NCBI GenBank assembly: GCA_963705335.1
Contig: OY970073.1
Location: 313,919-337,918, forward strand
Direction: 5' to 3'
DNA from: an uncultured Gammaproteobacteria bacterium
GTDB lineage: Bacteria > Pseudomonadota > Gammaproteobacteria > Xanthomonadales > Rhodanobacteraceae
Length of the DNA: 24,000 bases
A program made the translations under genes and the position numbers. Of this stretch, positions 19,629-24,000 are shown in pieces. The notes below the pieces were generated by a model. The model did not search any database. It was not told where the DNA came from and saw only the letters and a list, made by a program, of their open reading frames with translations. Every line of letters starts with the position of its first letter. The first letter of the stretch is position 1.

Positions 19629-21028
19629 TCAGGGCGCCGTGTTGGTGTCGAACCCATGCCGGAAGATCGTATCCGGCAACCCGAACTCGACTGCGAGGAA
19701 ATCCTGGTTCGCCGAGTCGGAGCGGCCGTGCCGACCGCCCAGAAGTGCTCGCCGTCGATGTCGTTGACCATTCCGTAGATGATGTCGTCGAAGTCCGAGA
19801 CATTCACCATGCGCTTGCCGGCGTCGCCGAAATAAAGGTCGAGGCTGCCGTCCGCGTTGTAGGCGACCAGCGCGAGATCATTGCCGGACGAGCCGGTGCT
19901 GATGCGCGCCGAACCGGCAGCGACCAGGCGGCCCCACGGCATCAGCGTCAGCGAGTAGGCGATGTCGTCGCTCGGTCCCACCGCTGTCGTCACCAGGCCG
20001 CCCGTACCGAAGGTCGGATCGAGCACGCCGGCGGTCGTGTAGCGCGCCACCACGAAATCGCGGCGACCGTCGCTCACGATCGTCGAGCCGGCGATGACGA
20101 TGCGTCCGTCAGGCTGGCGCACCATCGCGTTGGCCATGTCCTCGCCGGTGCCGACGCCCGTGCGCGTGATGCCGCCGGTGCCGAAGGTCGCATCCGGCGT
20201 GCCGTCGGTGTTGAGGCGCATCAGCAGGAGCTCGGCGTTGCCGGGACCGAACGCATAGCCCGCGACGAGGATCTTGCCGTCCGGCTGGATCAGCAGCGCG
20301 CGCGCTTCGGAGTTTCCGTTTGCCGTCTGCGCCGCGTTGATGTCGACCTTGCCGCCGGTGCCGAACAGCGTATCCAGCTGGCCGCTCGCGGTATGGCGCG
20401 TCAATGCGACATGATTGGGGCCCATTTCGGCGGTGAATCCGGCGGAAACGATCATTCCATCCGCCTGCACGGCGACGGCGTTGCATTGATCGAACAGCGA
20501 GCCGCCGGGGCCCGATTGCAGGAACGAGGTCACCGCGTAGCCGGTGCCGTCGAACGTCCCATCCAGCGAACCGTCGCCCATGAAGCGCGCGGTGACGAAA
20601 TCGGTCGCGGTGCCCGCGCTGAAGAATGTGCCGCAGCCGACCAGGCGGCCGTCTGCCATGCGGCCCACGGCGCGCAGGCTGTCGCCGAGGTTCTGGCTGA
20701 GATCGATGTTGGCGACGCCGTTGGTGCCGAACCCGCTATTGAGCACACCGGCTCGCGTGATGCTGGCCAGCACCGAATAGTTGCCGCCGGCCGAGCCGGC
20801 CATGATGACGTTGCCCGCTGCATCGAGCACCGCTCCCTGGGCGGCGTCGGCGATGCCGCTGATCGGTATCGTGATGAGCACGCCGTCCTCGCCGGGCGCG
20901 AGCGCCCAGGCGCACGGCGCGATCGTGGTCGCGAAGAGCGCCGCGGCGATCCGGCCGCGGGCGATCGACACACATCTGGAAGACACGGGAGACGACGAAG
21001 CAGGGGCGGCAGCAGGTGAAATGCGCAT
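19629..21028 (-). CDS. Secreted delta-60 repeat (TIGR02608-like) beta-propeller protein; 1 frame break near the 3' end
   Basis: ATG 21028 with GAGGA ~11 nt upstream; N-terminus MRISPAAAPASSSPVSSRCVSIARGRIAAALFATTIAPCAWA|LAPGE. There are six ~55-60-aa repeats with the G.LD..FG..G core: GVLNSGFGTNG, GSLDGTFDGTG, GQLDTLFGTGG, GTPDATFGTGG, GVLDPTFGTGG, GSLDLYFGDAG. Each is followed by ..DG[KR]I[VL].AG and DF.v.R strands. Track ORF 19196..21067 runs on into the antisense of the kinase gene. A 1-nt correction near 19721-19724 instead gives ...HFWAVGTAxSDSANQDFLAVEFGLPDTIFRHGFDTNTAP*, with TGA at 19629-19631. Confidence 0.75.
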
Positions 21029-21064
21029 GAAAGCGTCTTCCTCGCGAAGTGGCTCGGGTCGCGA

Positions 21065-21131
21065 CAAGGGGTTACTCTCGTCACGCTCTATTCCCTAACT
21101 ACGGGGAAGCGGGGGGCGGACCATCACGGTC
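21065..21131 (+). promoter_or_regulatory. Upstream leader/promoter region of the ECF sigma gene (shared block with 16614-16671); also the divergent-promoter region for the delta-60 gene
   Basis: The whole divergent intergenic region is only 103 bp (21029-21131). The block caaggggttactctcgtcacgctct...ggggaagcgggg...catcacggtcATG recurs upstream of the paralogous kinase. The promoter elements themselves were not identified. Confidence 0.3.
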
Positions 21132-21692
21132 ATGGGCGACGAGAGCGCAAGCGATGTCACCGCGTTGCTGGCGGCGTGGCGCGCCGGCGATACGGCCGCG
21201 CCGGATGCGCTGGCGACGCTGGTCTACGAGGAATTGCGCCGCATGGCCTCGCGGCGGCTCGCCGGATCCGCGCAACGGCCGTTGCAGACGACCGAGCTCG
21301 TGCACGAAACGTTCGCGCGCCTGCTCGAGCATCCGCTCAAGGCCGGCGATCGCAGCCACTTCTTCCGCATAGTCGCTCTCGCGCTGCGCCAGGTGCTCGT
21401 CGATGCGGTGCGCCGGCAGGGCGCGGAAAAGCGCGGCGGCGACGTCGTGTGGGTCACGCTCGACAGGGCCGACGACGTATCGGCCGGCGAATCGCACGAC
21501 TGGCTCGCGGTCGAATCGGCACTCGGCGAGCTCGAGATCGAGGACGCGCGCAAATGCCGCGTCGTCGAGATGTCGCTCCTGATGGGACTCTCGCAGCAGG
21601 AAGTCGCCGACGCGCTCGAGATCTCGGTGCCGACCGTCGAGCGCGATCTGCGTTTTGCGCGCGCCTGGCTTCGCGAACGTCTCGTGGCATGA
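21132..21692 (+). CDS. ECF-type RNA polymerase sigma factor, TIGR02999 family (kinase-associated, ECF43-like); intact (186 aa)
   Basis: Track ORF 21132..21692. The family-typical N-terminus is VTALLAAWRAGDTAAPDALATLVYEELRRMASRRL. Region 2 is LQTTELVHETFARLL...RSHFFRIVALALRQVLVDAVRRQGAEKRGG. The region 4 HTH is CRVVEMSLLMGLSQQEVADALEISVPTVERDLRFARAWLRERL. The stop TGA 21690-21692 overlaps the ATG 21689-21691 of the downstream kinase. Confidence 0.9.
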   Translation: MGDESASDVTALLAAWRAGDTAAPDALATLVYEELRRMASRRLAGSAQRPLQTTELVHETFARLLEHPLKAGDRSHFFRIVALALRQVLVDAVRRQGAEKRGGDVVWVTLDRADDVSAGESHDWLAVESALGELEIEDARKCRVVEMSLLMGLSQQEVADALEISVPTVERDLRFARAWLRERLVA

Positions 21693-24000
21693 GCGCGGGC
21701 CGGCTCGCGCGCATGGAAGCGCTGTTCCATGCCGCGCTGGCGAGGCCGGCCGGCGAACGCAGCGGTTTCCTCTCGACCGAAGAATCCGACGCGGAGATTC
21801 GCGCCGCGGTCGAGCGCCTGCTCGCGCAGCACACCGAAACCGGCGCTCCGCTGCGCGACATGCTGCACGCGGCAGTCGCCGACACGAGCGCGATGCCGGC
21901 ACGCGAGCGCATCGGCGCGTGCCGGCTGCTGCGCGAGCTCGGCGCCGGCGGCATGGGCACGGTGTTCCTCGCCGAACGCGAGCTCGGCGACACGCGCCAG
22001 CTCGTCGCGTTGAAGCTGATCCGCGGCTTTCCGACACGCGAAGCGCGCGCCCGGCTCGCGCGCGAACGCACGCTGCTCGCCGGGCTCAACCATCCGAACA
22101 TCGCGCGTCTGCTCGACGGCGGCGACAGCGAGGACGGCCAGCCGTATCTGGTCATGGAATACGTCGACGGCGAGCTCTTGCTCGCGTACTGCGCGAAGCA
22201 CGCGCTCGGCGTCGAAGCGCGTCTCGCACTGTTCGTGCAGCTCTGCCGCGCGGTGCAGCACGCGCACCAGCACCTGATCGTGCATCGCGACATCAAGCCC
22301 GCCAACGTGCTCGTGCGCGAGGACGGCACGCCGGTGCTGCTCGATTTCGGCATCGGCAAGCTGCTCGACGGCACCGATCCCGACGCGACCGCGACGCGCG
22401 TGTTCACGCCGGCGTATGCGGCGCCGGAGCAGGTCGAAGGGCGCCACGCGACGACCGCGACCGACGTCTACGCGCTCGGCTGCGTGCTGTTCGAGCTCCT
22501 TTGCGGCGCAAGCTTCGTCGATGCGTCGGCGAAGACGTCGGCGCCGCGCCCGAGCACGGCGGCCAACGATCCGCAACTCGCGCGTCGTCTGCGCGGCGAT
22601 CTCGATCGCATCGTCCTGAAGGCGACCGAGCGCCTGCCGGAACGTCGCTATGCATCGGCCGATGCGCTCGCCGAGGACATCGGACGCTATCTTGCCGGGC
22701 AGCCGGTCAGCGCGGTACCCGACAGCGTCGCGTACCGCGCGCGCAAGTACATCGCGCGGCATCGCTGGAGTGTCGCCGCCGCCGTTCTCGTCGCGATCAT
22801 GATCGCAGGATTCGTCGTCAGCCTCGCCGCGCAGCGCAGGCTCGCGCTGCAGCAGGCGACGCGCGCGGCGGCGACGCGCGATTTCCTCGTCTCGATTTTC
22901 CGCTTCGCCGATCCGAAGGTGCACCAGGGCAAGCCGGCAACGCTGCGCGAAGTGCTGGATCAGGGCAGCACGCGGCTCGCGACCGAGCTTGCCGGCCAGC
23001 CGGAGCTCCACGCCGAGCTCAATGACGCGCTCGCCGAGATCTACGCCGACATCGGCGAGGACGAGGCCTCTCGCCGCGAAGTCGAAAGCGCGCTGCAGCT
23101 CGGCGGCGATGACGGCGATCCGGTCCTGCGCGCGAAGCGTCTGGAGCGGCTCGCGCGCATCGAGCTCGCCAGCCGCGAAGGTTTCAACGATGCGCTGGCG
23201 CACACCGGGCAGGCGCTTGCGGCGATCGCGGGTCGCGACGACGAACCAACCCGCGAGCTGCGCTCGCAACTGCTCAACACGCAAGGCCTCGCGCTGACCG
23301 CGCTCGAGCGCTACGACGAAGCGGCCGCGAGCCTGCGCACCGCGCTGGAGATACTGCCGACGCTCTCGGCGAATCGCGACGAGGAGCGCGTCAACCTGCT
23401 GCAGCATCTCGTCAAGCTCGAGGTCATGCGCGGCGGCAACGACGCGGCGCTTGCGTATGCGGCAGACGCCGAAACCGCGGTCATCGCGCTGCGCGGGCGC
23501 GATCATCCGGATGCGATCAAGGCGATCGAGCTCAACGCGAGCCTCCTCGCACGCACCAATCATCTGGCCGAAGCCGAGCCGCGCTATCGCGAGACGCTCG
23601 CGGCGGAGCGCAAGCTGTACGGCGAGGACAACAGCTATGTCACGAAGACCAAGATCGCGCTCGGCCGCGTGCTGCTGCGCGAGGATCGTGCCGACGACGC
23701 GCTGGTGTTCCTCGACGACGTGCAAGGCGCGTTGCGACAAGGCCGCAGCCGACGACGCGCATGCCGATCCGCAGTGCACGCTGGTGCTGAAGTTGTGGGG
23801 CGAGGCGCACGCCGTCGCCGGCGACCATGAGACGGGCGTCGCCGCGCTGCGCAAGGCGGTAGCGCAGTGCGCGCCGCAGTCCGACAACGATGACGGCATC
23901 TGCAACCTCACGCGAGTGTCGCTGGCGCGCGTGCTTTGCCTTTCGGGCGCAACCGACGAAGGTGCGAAGCTCATCGCGAGCGTGCGCGAGCCGCTGCTCG
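21689..24000 (+). CDS. Membrane Ser/Thr protein kinase with TPR-like extracytoplasmic domain, paralogue of 16770..19553; 3' end outside window, 1 frame break
   Basis: ATG 21689: MSAGRLARMEALFHAALARPAGERSGFLSTEESDAEIRAAVERLLAQH. Kinase motifs: GAGGMGTVFLAE, VALKLI, HRDIKPANVLV, DFGIGK, YAAPEQ. TM helix: WSVAAAVLVAIMIAGFVVSLA. This is followed by Ala/Leu-rich helical repeats. Track ORF 21176..23830 stops at 23830, but shifting one frame near 23720-23740 gives ...DKAAADDAHADPQCTLVLKLWGEAHAVAGDHETGVAALRKAVAQCAPQSDNDDGICNLTRVSLARVLCLSGATDEGAKLIASVREPLL, open to the window end. Confidence 0.9.

Noticed and set aside
14420-24000. Accessory block as a mobile genetic island, prophage or integrative element
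   Set aside because: I could recognise no integrase, transposase, tRNA attachment site, flanking direct repeats or phage genes. The only repeats are the two kinase paralogues.

Overview
High-GC (roughly 68-70% by eye) proteobacterial chromosome segment in two very different halves. LEFT (1-14.4 kb) is a conserved housekeeping block. It holds a secreted beta-helix protein and a YyaL/DUF255 thioredoxin-domain protein (-), then an rlmI-like methyltransferase, lgt, thyA and folA (+). These converge on the classic apaH-apaG-ksgA-pdxA-surA-lptD operon (-). The lgt-thyA-folA / apaH...lptD arrangement and the Lgt sequence look Xanthomonadales-like, but this is from memory and unverified. Almost every gene here is readable only by switching reading frame: about 33 frame breaks by hand reconstruction, against only 2 in the right half. 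Because lgt and lptD are essential, I read these breaks as consensus indel errors, but the uneven distribution needs checking. RIGHT (14.4-24 kb) is an accessory-looking block with no mobility genes. It starts with a CsgG/HfaB-family lipoprotein plus a Met/Gln-rich secreted protein in one operon (-). This is divergent from a membrane Ser/Thr kinase with a large extracytoplasmic TPR-like domain (+), which is preceded by what looks like the collapsed remnant of an ECF sigma gene. Next comes a convergent delta-60-repeat beta-propeller protein (-). That gene is divergent from an intact TIGR02999/ECF43-like sigma gene whose stop overlaps (ATGA) the start of a second, paralogous TPR kinase that runs off the window. 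The most interesting reading is two head-to-head cassettes of envelope or secreted cargo facing an ECF sigma plus Ser/Thr kinase, with no anti-sigma factor, one cassette caught after losing its sigma. There are also three structured intergenic repeats or hairpins. I found no rRNA, tRNA, CRISPR, transposase or integrase.
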